This document shows, in pieces, positions 9,512-18,352 of a stretch of 64,000 nt of DNA. Origin of the DNA: Candidatus Aminicenantes bacterium (lineage in GTDB: Bacteria; Acidobacteriota; Aminicenantia; Aminicenantales; UBA4085); NCBI GenBank assembly GCA_026393855.1, contig JAPKZJ010000071.1:12567-76566 (forward strand), in the 5' to 3' direction. Positions within the stretch are counted from its first letter, which is position 1; the number at the start of each line of letters is the position of its first letter. Below the pieces are notes generated by a model that was given only the letters and a program-made list of their open reading frames with translations, had not been told where the DNA came from and did not search any database. A program made the position numbers and the translations under genes.

Positions 9512-10996
9512 TTACTTCTCGGACTTGGCCTTCATCTCGGCCTGGACTTTCTGGGCCAGCTCCTTGAGGGCGGCCTGCTTCTCGAGGACCATCTGCAGGT
9601 TCCTCTTAAGCTCGTCGCGCTTCTCCGCGATCTCGGTCTTGTCGAGCTCGGCCCGGATGGCGGTCTCCTTCTCCTGCAGGGATTCCAGCTTGCTTTTCAG
9701 TTCGTCGAGCGACGGCAAAGCGGTCGGGGAAAGAGACGTCTTGGAGGCGGACTGCATCTCGGCCGCTTTCATCTTGAGCATCTGCAGCTCCTTCTCCAAC
9801 CCGGCTTTCGTCTCCGGATCCTGGGTCTTGGCCAGCTCGGCTTCGATCATTTCGGCCTTCTGCTTCAGCTTCATCATCTGCTCGGAAAGAGGGGCCGACG
9901 ACTTCAGATGGATGCCTTGGGCCTCCAGTTTGGCGCCCAGCTCCTGGCGCTTCTGGGCCAGCTTTTCGAGCTTGGCCTTGATCTCGCCGCGCCGGGACTC
10001 GTCCTCGGTCGCTTGGTAGGCTCCCTTGAGCTCGATCATGGTCTGATCGATCTTGCGAAGCTCGTCGGCGGCCTGAGCGGCCTTTTCCTGAGACATCTTC
10101 TCCATCTTAGCTTGGTCGGACTTGTCCTGTCCGGCGGGCGCCGCCGAGGCGGCGAACCGGGGGACGGCGAAAAGGGCGACCAGAGCCAGGGCCGCGGGCA
10201 CGGCCAGCAGACACTTCCAGCGAGAAACACCGGCGGACCGGTTTCGGGACATCATCGTCATTCTCCTTTTAATTAGAGACTGCTTGAAGCTGTTCCCCAC
10301 TCCAAACAATCGGGCGCCCACGTGCTGCTCGAACACGAGCCGCCGGTACCCGCTGCCGCCGAAGCCCTGCGCAATGACTCCGGCGTCGGCCAGATACTCG
10401 TGGGTCTCTTGTAGCGATTTCTTGAACGGCCAGACGAGAGGGTTGAACCAGACGAGGACGACGGCCAGCTCCATCAATAAGAGGTCCAGGGAGTGAAGCT
10501 GGCGGATATGGATGCGTTCGTGGGCCAGGATCCGGCGGAGATCGCCGGGCTCGAGCCCGCGCTCGTTGAGGAAAACGAAGCCGAGGAAGGAGAAAGGCGA
10601 GAACTCGGCGCCAACGGCCACGATTCGGGTTCCGTTCCGGCGGCGGATGCCGCTTTTGCGGATCACGGAGGCCAGACGGACCAGGTGGGCGCCGAAGCGG
10701 ATGAGGAAGGCCAGCGCCCCGGCCGCATAGACGACGGCCAGAACGTCGAGGAGCCCGAGGCCCCGGGCGGGCAGCGGGCCGGCCGGGCTGGGCATCCAAT
10801 CCAGGATGGCCGAAGCCGTCCGGAACGGCGATGCCACAGGGAAGGCGGGGATGAGAAACGAGAGGGCCAGAGCCGCGATGAGGAAGCCCCGGTTCAGGTG
10901 AAAATGGGTCTCGTTGCGGAGGAAGACGACGTAGAGGGCATAGAAGAGAGACAGCCCGAGGGCGGCCTTGGCGGCATAAACCAGGAGCGGGATCAT
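9512..10996 (-). CDS. blaR1: BlaR1/MecR1-family M56 metallopeptidase signal transducer with C-terminal extracytoplasmic coiled-coil domain
   Basis: HExxH motif ILAHERIHIRQLH in a 4-TM N-terminal domain typical of Peptidase_M56. After a fifth hydrophobic segment, the last ~220 aa are a K/E-rich coiled coil rather than a penicillin-binding sensor domain. The start overlaps the blaI stop. Confidence 0.8.
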   Translation of the reverse strand: MIPLLVYAAKAALGLSLFYALYVVFLRNETHFHLNRGFLIAALALSFLIPAFPVASPFRTASAILDWMPSPAGPLPARGLGLLDVLAVVYAAGALAFLIRFGAHLVRLASVIRKSGIRRRNGTRIVAVGAEFSPFSFLGFVFLNERGLEPGDLRRILAHERIHIRQLHSLDLLLMELAVVLVWFNPLVWPFKKSLQETHEYLADAGVIAQGFGGSGYRRLVFEQHVGARLFGVGNSFKQSLIKRRMTMMSRNRSAGVSRWKCLLAVPAALALVALFAVPRFAASAAPAGQDKSDQAKMEKMSQEKAAQAADELRKIDQTMIELKGAYQATEDESRRGEIKAKLEKLAQKRQELGAKLEAQGIHLKSSAPLSEQMMKLKQKAEMIEAELAKTQDPETKAGLEKELQMLKMKAAEMQSASKTSLSPTALPSLDELKSKLESLQEKETAIRAELDKTEIAEKRDELKRNLQMVLEKQAALKELAQKVQAEMKAKSEK

Positions 10997-11376
10997 TCCT
11001 TCCCTCCCCTCTGCCGCTCGATCTCCTCGTCCAGGAGCCGGCGGACGCTCTCGAGCTCGTCCAGGCTCATATCCCGGCCGCCGGCGAAGAAGGACACCAT
11101 TTCGGGAAAGGAATCGCCGAAGAAGCGGCGGACGAAGGATCGGACGAACTTCTTCTTGTACTCGTCGCGGGCGACGAGCGGGAAATATTCGTGGGTTTTC
11201 CCATAAGCCTTGTGGCCGACCACCTTTTTCTTTTCCAGGATGCGAAGGATGGTCGAAACGGTGTTGTAGGCGGGCTTCGGCTCGGGCAGCTTTTCAATGA
11301 CGTCTTTGACGAAGCCCTTCCCCAGGCCCCAGAGGACCTGCATGATCTCTTCTTCCGCCCTGGTGAGTTCTTTCAT
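10993..11376 (-). CDS. blaI: BlaI/MecI/CopY-family transcriptional repressor
   Basis: Winged-helix N-terminus LTRAEEEIMQVLWGLGKGFVKDVIEKL...YNTVSTILRILEKKKVV, 127 aa, immediately upstream of and overlapping the M56 gene. Confidence 0.85.
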   Translation of the reverse strand: MKELTRAEEEIMQVLWGLGKGFVKDVIEKLPEPKPAYNTVSTILRILEKKKVVGHKAYGKTHEYFPLVARDEYKKKFVRSFVRRFFGDSFPEMVSFFAGGRDMSLDELESVRRLLDEEIERQRGGKE

Positions 11377-11500
11377 TGCACCCCCAATATAAAACTAATC
11401 TTTTAGTTTGTCAACTATTATTTTCGTTTCATAACTAAACGCACTAATGATACGATCAAACTAAAGCTGCTGTTACAGATTAAAAACCAGCGAGATTTTA
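11377..11500 (-). promoter_or_regulatory. AT-rich blaI promoter/operator region with repeated AAACTAA/TTAGTTT half-sites
   Basis: Palindrome AAACTAA-tctt-TTAGTTT at 11392-11409; further AACTAAA / CAAACTAAAG / ACTAAT copies at 11434-11467. This is an AT-rich island in an otherwise ~68% GC region. Confidence 0.4.
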
Positions 11501-11910
11501 TTGATTCCGGGAAACATTGGCGGATCGGAGTACCGGCCAACGGCGAAACCGCGCGGGTTCCGGCTTTTTACGCCTCTCCGCGAGGGCAGCCAGTCCTCGC
11601 TGGAACTATCGAAGCGACGTTCCGACGAGGGCTGTTTGAGCACGCGACAATCTACCGGAATCGCAACGGAGTGGATGGTCACCGTAACCGGGAGATCTCG
11701 AATGCGGAGTTCCGCCCTCGCGGGGACTGTCGAAGCGACGTCCCTACGAGGACTGCGAAGCGCTGGAGGCGCCGAGGAGAGAAGCGCAAAAAAGCGTGAA
11801 AAACCCGACGCCGCCCTCGCGACGACGGGCGAAGCGCCGGTCGTTACGAGGACTACCAAAGCGTTGCCGGGCCGGATTCCCTGCCGCACAGCCCGGAGAT
11901 GGGAGAAGGA
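11500..11910 (+). repeat. MITE-like intergenic repeat, copy C (long variant with internal duplication of the hairpin module)
   Basis: Modules GGCCAACGGCGAAACCGCGCGGGTTCCGGCTTTTTACGCCTCTCCGCGAGGG, TTTGAGCACG and GGAGTGGATGGTC. The 75-nt core at 11702-11775 is identical to copies D and E. Confidence 0.6.
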
Positions 11911-11927
11911 CCGCTTGAATCGCCCGG

Positions 11928-14057
11928 TCAGCGCGGCAGGTAATACTTGGTGACGTATTCCTGAACCATGCGCCGGGTGTGGTAGCGGGGCGTCAGGCCG
12001 GAGACGGCGTTGCGGATCATCTTGATCCAGCGGCGCGGCAAGCCGGAAGCATCCCGCTCGTAGAAGGCCGGGACGACCTCTTCGGACAGCACCCGGAAAA
12101 GGTTCTCGGCATCCACCCGGTCCTGCTCCCCGACGTCGGCCGGGTGGGAATCGGGGCCGATGGCGAAGCCATTGGTCCCGTCGTAGGCCTCCCGCCACCA
12201 GCCGTCCATGATGCTCAAGTTGAGGCAGCCGTGCACTCCGCATTTCTGGCCCGACGTGCCAGAGGCCTCCAAGGGCCGGCGGGGATTGTTCAGCCAGACG
12301 TCGCAGCCCGAGATCATGCGCCGGGCCACCTGGACGTCGTAGTTCTCGATGAAGACGAGCGAGCCTTTGAGCGCAGTGTGCTTGCTCAAGTGGATGATCT
12401 GCTGGATGAACCGCTTGCCGTCGTCGTCCCGGGGATGTGCCTTGCCGGCGAAGACGAACTGGACGGGCCGTTGGGCGTCCTTGGCCAGCTCGACGATGGC
12501 TTCGAAATTCCGGAAGACAAGCGGCGCCCGCTTGTAGGTGGCGAAGCGGCGGGCGAAGCCGACCGTCAGGGCGTCGGGGTCGAGCAGGGCGTCATAGGTG
12601 ATGAAGTCGCCCTGGCCGACGATGCGGCCCTGAATGAGCAGGCGCTTGCGGCAGTACTCGATCAGCTTGCGCCGCAGCTCGTAGCGGAAGGCCCACAGCT
12701 CCTCGTCCGAGACGAAGGCCGGGTCCTCGACCTTGGCCCAGAAGGCCGAATCATCGACCCTGTCGGCCCAATCCCCCTCGGCCTTGCGCGACCAGAACCG
12801 GTAGGTCGTCCCGTTGAGCCAGGAAGGCACATGGACGCCGTTGGTGATATGGCCGATGGGCACCTCGGCTTCGGTCCGCTCGGGCCACAGCCCATGCCAC
12901 ATAGCCCGACTGACGCGGCCGTGGAGCTCGCTGACGCCGTTGGCCGCCCGCGAGCCCTTGAGGGCCAGGACCGTCATGCAGAACAGTTCGCACTCGTCGG
13001 CCGGGTGGACGCGGCCCAAGCCCAGAAGCCTCTCCCGCTCGTGGGGAAACGATTTGAGGTAGCGCGAGGCCGCATACTCGACCAGGTCGGCGCTGAATCG
13101 GTCGTGGCCGGCCTCGACGGGGGTGTGGGTCGTGAAGACGCACTCGGATCGAACCTCATCCCAGGCCTTCTCGAAGGTCAGGCCGGCCGCGGTCTTTTCG
13201 CGCAGAAGCTCCAGGGTCAGGAAGGCGGCGTGGCCCTCGTTCATATGGAAGACCGAGGGGTCGAGGCCCAGGGCGCGCAAAAGCCGCACGCCCCCGACAC
13301 CCAGCAGCAGCTCTTGCATGATCCGGGTCGTGTGGTCGCCGCCGTAGACGCGGCGAGTCAGGTCCCGATGGGAGGGCTCGTTCTCGGGCAGGTCGGTGTC
13401 GAGCAGATAGACGCAGACGCGGCCGATGTTGGCCCGCCAGGCCCGGAAGCGGACTTGGACGGCGGCGATCGGGACGGATCCGACGACCGGCTCTCCCCTG
13501 TCGTCGAGCACCGGCTCCAACGGCAGATTCCGCGGCTGGAGGGTGGGGTAGGATTCGATCTGCCAGTTCTGGTGGTCGACCGACTGCATGAAGTAGCCTT
13601 CGCGGTAGAACAGGCCGACCCCGACAAAGCCCAGGCCCAGATCGCTGGCCGATTTGGCGTGGTCGGCCGACAGGATGCCCAGTCCGCCGGCGGTGATGGG
13701 CAGCGACTCGTGGAAGCCGAACTCGGCGCTGAAATAGGCCACCGGATGGTCGAAAAGATCGGGGGCGTTCTCGCGGCCCCAGGTCCGCTCTTCCTTTAAA
13801 TAGGCGTCGAAGGCGGCGAGCACGGCTTTGGCCTTGGCGGCAAAGGAGGGGTCCATCAGGCGGACGCGCAATTCATAGGCCGAGACTTCGTGCAAAACGG
13901 CCACGGGATTGTGGTAGAGATTCTCCCAGGCCCGCGGCGAAAGGTCTTTGAACAGCCCCTGGGCCGGGGGGTTCCAGGACCACCAAAGATTGCGGGCCAG
14001 GCGGTTGAGTCCGGCCGTCAGGGCTTGGATCTGGGCATTTCCGTTCGTCGGTTTCAA
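11928..14057 (-). CDS. glgP: Alpha-glucan (glycogen/maltodextrin) phosphorylase, GT35 family
   Basis: N-terminal LARNLWWSWNP motif characteristic of the short alpha-glucan phosphorylase clade; 709 aa; ...GQKCGVHGCLNLSIMDGWW... near the C-terminus. Confidence 0.85.
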   Translation of the reverse strand: MKPTNGNAQIQALTAGLNRLARNLWWSWNPPAQGLFKDLSPRAWENLYHNPVAVLHEVSAYELRVRLMDPSFAAKAKAVLAAFDAYLKEERTWGRENAPDLFDHPVAYFSAEFGFHESLPITAGGLGILSADHAKSASDLGLGFVGVGLFYREGYFMQSVDHQNWQIESYPTLQPRNLPLEPVLDDRGEPVVGSVPIAAVQVRFRAWRANIGRVCVYLLDTDLPENEPSHRDLTRRVYGGDHTTRIMQELLLGVGGVRLLRALGLDPSVFHMNEGHAAFLTLELLREKTAAGLTFEKAWDEVRSECVFTTHTPVEAGHDRFSADLVEYAASRYLKSFPHERERLLGLGRVHPADECELFCMTVLALKGSRAANGVSELHGRVSRAMWHGLWPERTEAEVPIGHITNGVHVPSWLNGTTYRFWSRKAEGDWADRVDDSAFWAKVEDPAFVSDEELWAFRYELRRKLIEYCRKRLLIQGRIVGQGDFITYDALLDPDALTVGFARRFATYKRAPLVFRNFEAIVELAKDAQRPVQFVFAGKAHPRDDDGKRFIQQIIHLSKHTALKGSLVFIENYDVQVARRMISGCDVWLNNPRRPLEASGTSGQKCGVHGCLNLSIMDGWWREAYDGTNGFAIGPDSHPADVGEQDRVDAENLFRVLSEEVVPAFYERDASGLPRRWIKMIRNAVSGLTPRYHTRRMVQEYVTKYYLPR

Positions 14058-14312
14058 GAAGACCTCGCTTCGGGCGGTCCGGGCCGCGAAAATTCCCGGT
14101 CATGATAGTCCCATCAGAGGGCGCGATCAAGGGGGCTCCCCCTCACGGTAGCCTTATCCGATTGACTTGGATTTTATTTTCCAAGCAGCTTTATGACCAA
14201 GAACTCGTCCCAACACTGACGAGGGAGAGTAACGGGCTATCATGAAGGGCGCATCTGATCCCAATATTTCCGGCCAAGGCAACAATTCGGGTATGATGAG
14301 CGTATTTATCAG

Positions 14313-16508
14313 GTGGAGTCGTCCAAAATGAAGAAGCCGTTCCCGCTCGCCGCAGCCCTCCTCCTGGCCCTCACCCCGGCGCTGGCTGCCAACGCCGGCC
14401 CGGCCGCCCAGGGCCAGACCCTGCTCAAACCATATAAAACGGAGACGCCTCCCGTGCTCGACGGCAAACTGGACGACCCCGTCTGGGCCGCGGCGCCTTC
14501 GGTCTCCGACTTCGAGACCTTCATCCCCGAGTTCGGCAAGAAGCAGCCCGAGAAGACCGTGGCCTACATGGCCTACGACCGGGAAAACATCTATTTCGCC
14601 TTCCGCTGTTTCGACGACCAGCCCGACAAGATCAAAGCCGCCGTCTCCCGACGCGACGACGTCATGACCGACGACTTCGTCTGCATCAACCTGGACTCCT
14701 TCAACGATCAGCAGTCGCTCTATGCCTTCTACGTCAACCCACTGGGCATCCAGGGCGACAGCCGCTTCGCCTCCAACAAGGAGGATTTCAGCTTCGACAT
14801 GGTCTGGTGGAGCGCCGGCCGGATCGACGCGCAGGGCTATACGGTCGAGATCCGGATTCCGCTCAAGAGCATCCGCTACGCCCACGCCGACCGGGTCGTC
14901 ATGTCGATCTTCTTCGAGCGGGCCATCAACCGGCGTCAGGAGCACGGCTCCTACCCGGCCCTCGACCCCAAGCGCGGCTACGCCTTCCTGACCCAGATGG
15001 CGCCCATGGAATATTTCGGCCTGAAGCGCTACAACCTGTTCGAACTGCTGCCGGCCTTCACTTACGGCAGCGAGTCGGTACGGGAGGGTGGCAGCCTGCG
15101 GCGGGGCCAGGACTCGCACGAGCTGAGCCTGACCGGAAAGTACGGGATCACCCCGAGTCTCATCCTGGACGGCACGATCAATCCGGACTTCAGCCAGATC
15201 GAGGCCGACGCCGGGCAGGTCGACGCCAATCTCCGCTACGACCTCTTCTATCCCGAAAAGCGGCCCTTCTTCCTGGAGGGCGGCGAGAACTTCAACGTCG
15301 GCGCCGTCCTCACCAGCCCCCTGCAGGCCCTGGTCCACACCCGGACGATCGTCGATCCCAAGGCCGGATTCAAGCTGACCGGCAAGATCGGCCGCAACGA
15401 CACCATCGCCTCGATCTTCGCCGTCGACGCCTCCCCTTCGTCCAGCACGGGTATTTCGGACGCGCCAGACGCCTGGTTCTCGATCTTCCGTTACAAGCGG
15501 ACGACGAGCCAGGACGGGTATCTCGGCGTCTTCTATTCCGAGCGCGACCAGGACGGGCGAGTCAATCGAGTTCTCGGTCCGGACGGCCAGATCCGGATCA
15601 ACCAGTCCGGCATGCTCAGCTTCCACGCCTTCGGCTCGTTCACCCGGGCCGAGAGGGACTCGGGCTGGTCCAACGGCCGGGCCTTGAGCCTGGAGTACTA
15701 CCACGACTCCAGCACGCTCGGTGTGGACGCCTCCTTCCACGACATCTCCTCGGGCTTCGAGGCGGACACAGGCTACTTGACCCGGACCGGGCTGACCAGC
15801 GCCGTGGTCAACATCGCGCCCCGTTTCTACCCCAAATCCGCCTGGTTCCGCCGGGTTTCGGTCGGCCTGGGCCTGGGCGCCCTGCACGACTACGACAGCG
15901 GCCTCACCGAGTCCTCCGCCTCCATCGGAACCGTGGCCGTCCTCAAAGGTAATTCCTCCGTCTCGGCTATCCTTCTGGCTTCAAATGAAGTCTTCCTCGG
16001 CCGCCGCTTCAACACCAGCGGTTTCACTCTGACTAGCCGCACCCAGCTGTCCAAGATGTTGTCCTTGACGGCCAACTTCTGGACGGGGAAATCCATCCGC
16101 TACGTCGCCGACCCTTATCAAGGCCACGGCTCCCGGGCCACTTTGACAGCCACATATCGGCCTTCGGAGAACATCAATATCTACCTGGCCTGGCAGTACT
16201 CGGACCTGTTCAAGGACGCGACAGGGGAGAAAGTCTACGACTACAACATCCTGCGCGGGCGGCTGACCTACCAAGTCAACAAGTATCTCTTCTTCCGGGC
16301 CATCCTGGAGTCGAACTCCTATAAAAAGACGCTGCTGGCCGATTTCCTGGCCTCGTTCACCTACATCCCCGGGACGGTCATCCACGTCGGCTACGGCTCG
16401 CTCTACGAGAAGCTCTCCTGGGTGGAGGGCGAGTACCGCGAATCGGATCGCTTCCTGGAGATGCGGCGCGGATTCTTCTTCAAGGCTTCGTATCTCTGGC
16501 GGCTGTAA
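14313..16508 (+). CDS. Secreted/outer-membrane protein with N-terminal CBM9/DOMON-like domain (DUF5916-like)
   Basis: Signal peptide (KKPFPLAAALLLALTPALAANA). DGKLDDPVWAAAP...ENIYFAFRCFD resembles carbohydrate-binding family-9-like modules. The long C-terminal region is rich in alternating beta-strand-like segments and ends in an aromatic residue pattern. Confidence 0.4.
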   Translation: MESSKMKKPFPLAAALLLALTPALAANAGPAAQGQTLLKPYKTETPPVLDGKLDDPVWAAAPSVSDFETFIPEFGKKQPEKTVAYMAYDRENIYFAFRCFDDQPDKIKAAVSRRDDVMTDDFVCINLDSFNDQQSLYAFYVNPLGIQGDSRFASNKEDFSFDMVWWSAGRIDAQGYTVEIRIPLKSIRYAHADRVVMSIFFERAINRRQEHGSYPALDPKRGYAFLTQMAPMEYFGLKRYNLFELLPAFTYGSESVREGGSLRRGQDSHELSLTGKYGITPSLILDGTINPDFSQIEADAGQVDANLRYDLFYPEKRPFFLEGGENFNVGAVLTSPLQALVHTRTIVDPKAGFKLTGKIGRNDTIASIFAVDASPSSSTGISDAPDAWFSIFRYKRTTSQDGYLGVFYSERDQDGRVNRVLGPDGQIRINQSGMLSFHAFGSFTRAERDSGWSNGRALSLEYYHDSSTLGVDASFHDISSGFEADTGYLTRTGLTSAVVNIAPRFYPKSAWFRRVSVGLGLGALHDYDSGLTESSASIGTVAVLKGNSSVSAILLASNEVFLGRRFNTSGFTLTSRTQLSKMLSLTANFWTGKSIRYVADPYQGHGSRATLTATYRPSENINIYLAWQYSDLFKDATGEKVYDYNILRGRLTYQVNKYLFFRAILESNSYKKTLLADFLASFTYIPGTVIHVGYGSLYEKLSWVEGEYRESDRFLEMRRGFFFKASYLWRL

Positions 16509-16514
16509 AAGGAG

Positions 16515-16853
16515 CATCTCCCATCTCCGGGAAAAGCGGCCAGGGGGTATCGTCCCGGCGGCATCGGCCTCTGCTCGCCTTTTCCCACAGCTCTCTTCGG
16601 CGCCTCCAGCGCTTCGCAGTCCTCGTAGGGACGTCGCTTCGACAGTCCCCGCGAGGGCGGAACTCCGCATTCCAGATCAACCGGTCTTGGTGACCTCCCA
16701 CTCCGTTTCTTTTTCGATTTTTCTTTCCTAGCTCAAACAGCCCTCGGCGGCCGATGGCTTCCCTCGGAGAGCTATGGAAAAAGGCGCCGGCCTCGCGATT
16801 TCGCCGTTGGCCGATACCCCTATCCGCATTCCTTTCCCGGAGATGAGAGATGA
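16515..16853 (-). repeat. MITE-like intergenic repeat, copy D (inverted orientation)
   Basis: Ends CATCTCCCATCTCCGGGAAAAG (16515-16536) and CCTTTCCCGGAGATGAGAGATG (16832-16853) form a near-perfect 22-bp inverted pair. All shared modules are present in reverse complement, including the identical 75-nt core. Confidence 0.65.
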
Positions 16854-16960
16854 ATTTAATAAAAAAGCCCCCCCTCTCAGGTCCCACGGCCCGGTTGTCT
16901 CCCGGCCTTCGGATGTGATAGGTTGAACGGCGGAAACCCATCACTGTCCGGGAGAGAGCC

Positions 16961-18340
16961 ATGAGCAAACCCGCGTCCTTGTCCCGCCGCGATTTCATCA
17001 AAACGGCTTCCGCCGCCCTGACGATCCCGGCCGCAGCGGCTGGATCATTTAGGACAACTACGGAAGCCTCCGTCGCGGCGGGACCGACCATCGTCCCTTC
17101 GCGCGTCGTGACGGGCCGCATCCGGCCCAACGACACCCTGTCCTTCGGCTGCATCGGCGTCGGCCGCCAAGGCACGGGCGACATGCAGGAGCTGATCTAC
17201 CGAGGCCTGGAAGCGGGCGCCCGGGTCGTAGCCGTATGCGATGCCGACGCCCACCGCCGGGATAATGCCCAGTGGACGGCGGAGAAGATCTACGCCGCCG
17301 AGCTAGGGGCCACCGGCTACAAGGGCATCGACGTCTACGCCGATTTCCGCGAGCTTCTGGCCCGGCCGGACATCGACGGCGTGCTGATCGTCACCCCGGA
17401 CCATTGGCACGCCTGCCACGCCATCGCCGCGGCCGCGGCCGGCAAGGACATTTATCTCGAGAAGCCCCTGACCTACACCATCGCCGAGGGCCGCAAGCTG
17501 GTCGAGGCGGTGCGCCGGAACAAGCGCATCTTCCAGACCGGCTCCCAGCAGAGGTCGTCGGTCTATTTCCGGGTGGCGGCCGAAGCCGTCCGCAACGGCC
17601 GCATCGGCAAGCTGCGGACGATCAAGGTTCTCCTGCCGATCGACCAGGGCACCGGCGATCCCAAAGTCGTCCCCGTCCCCCGCTTCCTGGACTACAACGC
17701 CTGGCAGGGGCCGGCCGCCGAAATGCCCTACTCCGTCGACCGGGTCCACCCGGCGAACAGCCTGGACCGGCCCGGCTGGCTCCAGATCGAGCGCTACAGC
17801 CGGGGCATGATCACCGGCTGGGGCTCGCACATGATCGACAGCGCCCAGTGGGGCCATGGCACCGACGATACGGGCCCGGTCACGATCGAGGCCAAGGGCG
17901 AGTTCCCGGACCGCGGCCTGTTCGACGTCCACACGACGTTCAAGGGCCAGGCCGTCTTCGCCGACGGCGTCACGATGGACATGGAGACAGGCGAGGCGGG
18001 CGTGCGCTTCGAAGGGGACGCCGGCTGGGTTTACGCCGATCGCGGCAAGGTCCAGGCCTCCGACCCCGAGCTTCTGCGGGCCAAGCCGGGAGCGGGCGAG
18101 GTTAAGCTCCCGGTAAGCGGCAACCATATGAAGGACTTTCTCGAAGCCATGCGGACGCGCAAGGACCCCATCGCCCCGGTCGAAGTCGGGCACCGATCCA
18201 ACTCCATTTGCGTCCTGACCCACATCGCCATGAAGCTCGGCCGCAAGCTCCGCTGGGGCGCCAAGGCGGAGCGGTTCATCGACGACGCCGAGGCCGACCG
18301 TTGGCTGGACGTCCCGCACCGCGCACCCTGGACGCTGTAA
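16961..18340 (+). CDS. Gfo/Idh/MocA-family NAD(P)-dependent oxidoreductase, Tat-exported
   Basis: Twin-arginine signal SRRDFIKTASAALTIPAAAA; Rossmann motif FGCIGVGRQG; typical Gfo/Idh/MocA core (PDHWH, EKP). Confidence 0.8.
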   Translation: MSKPASLSRRDFIKTASAALTIPAAAAGSFRTTTEASVAAGPTIVPSRVVTGRIRPNDTLSFGCIGVGRQGTGDMQELIYRGLEAGARVVAVCDADAHRRDNAQWTAEKIYAAELGATGYKGIDVYADFRELLARPDIDGVLIVTPDHWHACHAIAAAAAGKDIYLEKPLTYTIAEGRKLVEAVRRNKRIFQTGSQQRSSVYFRVAAEAVRNGRIGKLRTIKVLLPIDQGTGDPKVVPVPRFLDYNAWQGPAAEMPYSVDRVHPANSLDRPGWLQIERYSRGMITGWGSHMIDSAQWGHGTDDTGPVTIEAKGEFPDRGLFDVHTTFKGQAVFADGVTMDMETGEAGVRFEGDAGWVYADRGKVQASDPELLRAKPGAGEVKLPVSGNHMKDFLEAMRTRKDPIAPVEVGHRSNSICVLTHIAMKLGRKLRWGAKAERFIDDAEADRWLDVPHRAPWTL

Positions 18341-18352
18341 GGGAAGACGGCG

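Noticed and set aside
11979-15887. Long antisense ORFs (11979-13799 plus; 14154-15887 minus), and similar ones at 17303-18319, 20917-22143, 24740-25948, 27445-28503, 30097-32136, 53781-55763 and 58145-59971
   Set aside because: Each lies opposite a gene with clear homology-type motifs (glgP, the OMP, Gfo/Idh/MocA, the caspases, A2M, the kinases, hycE). They are stop-codon-poor artefacts of high GC.
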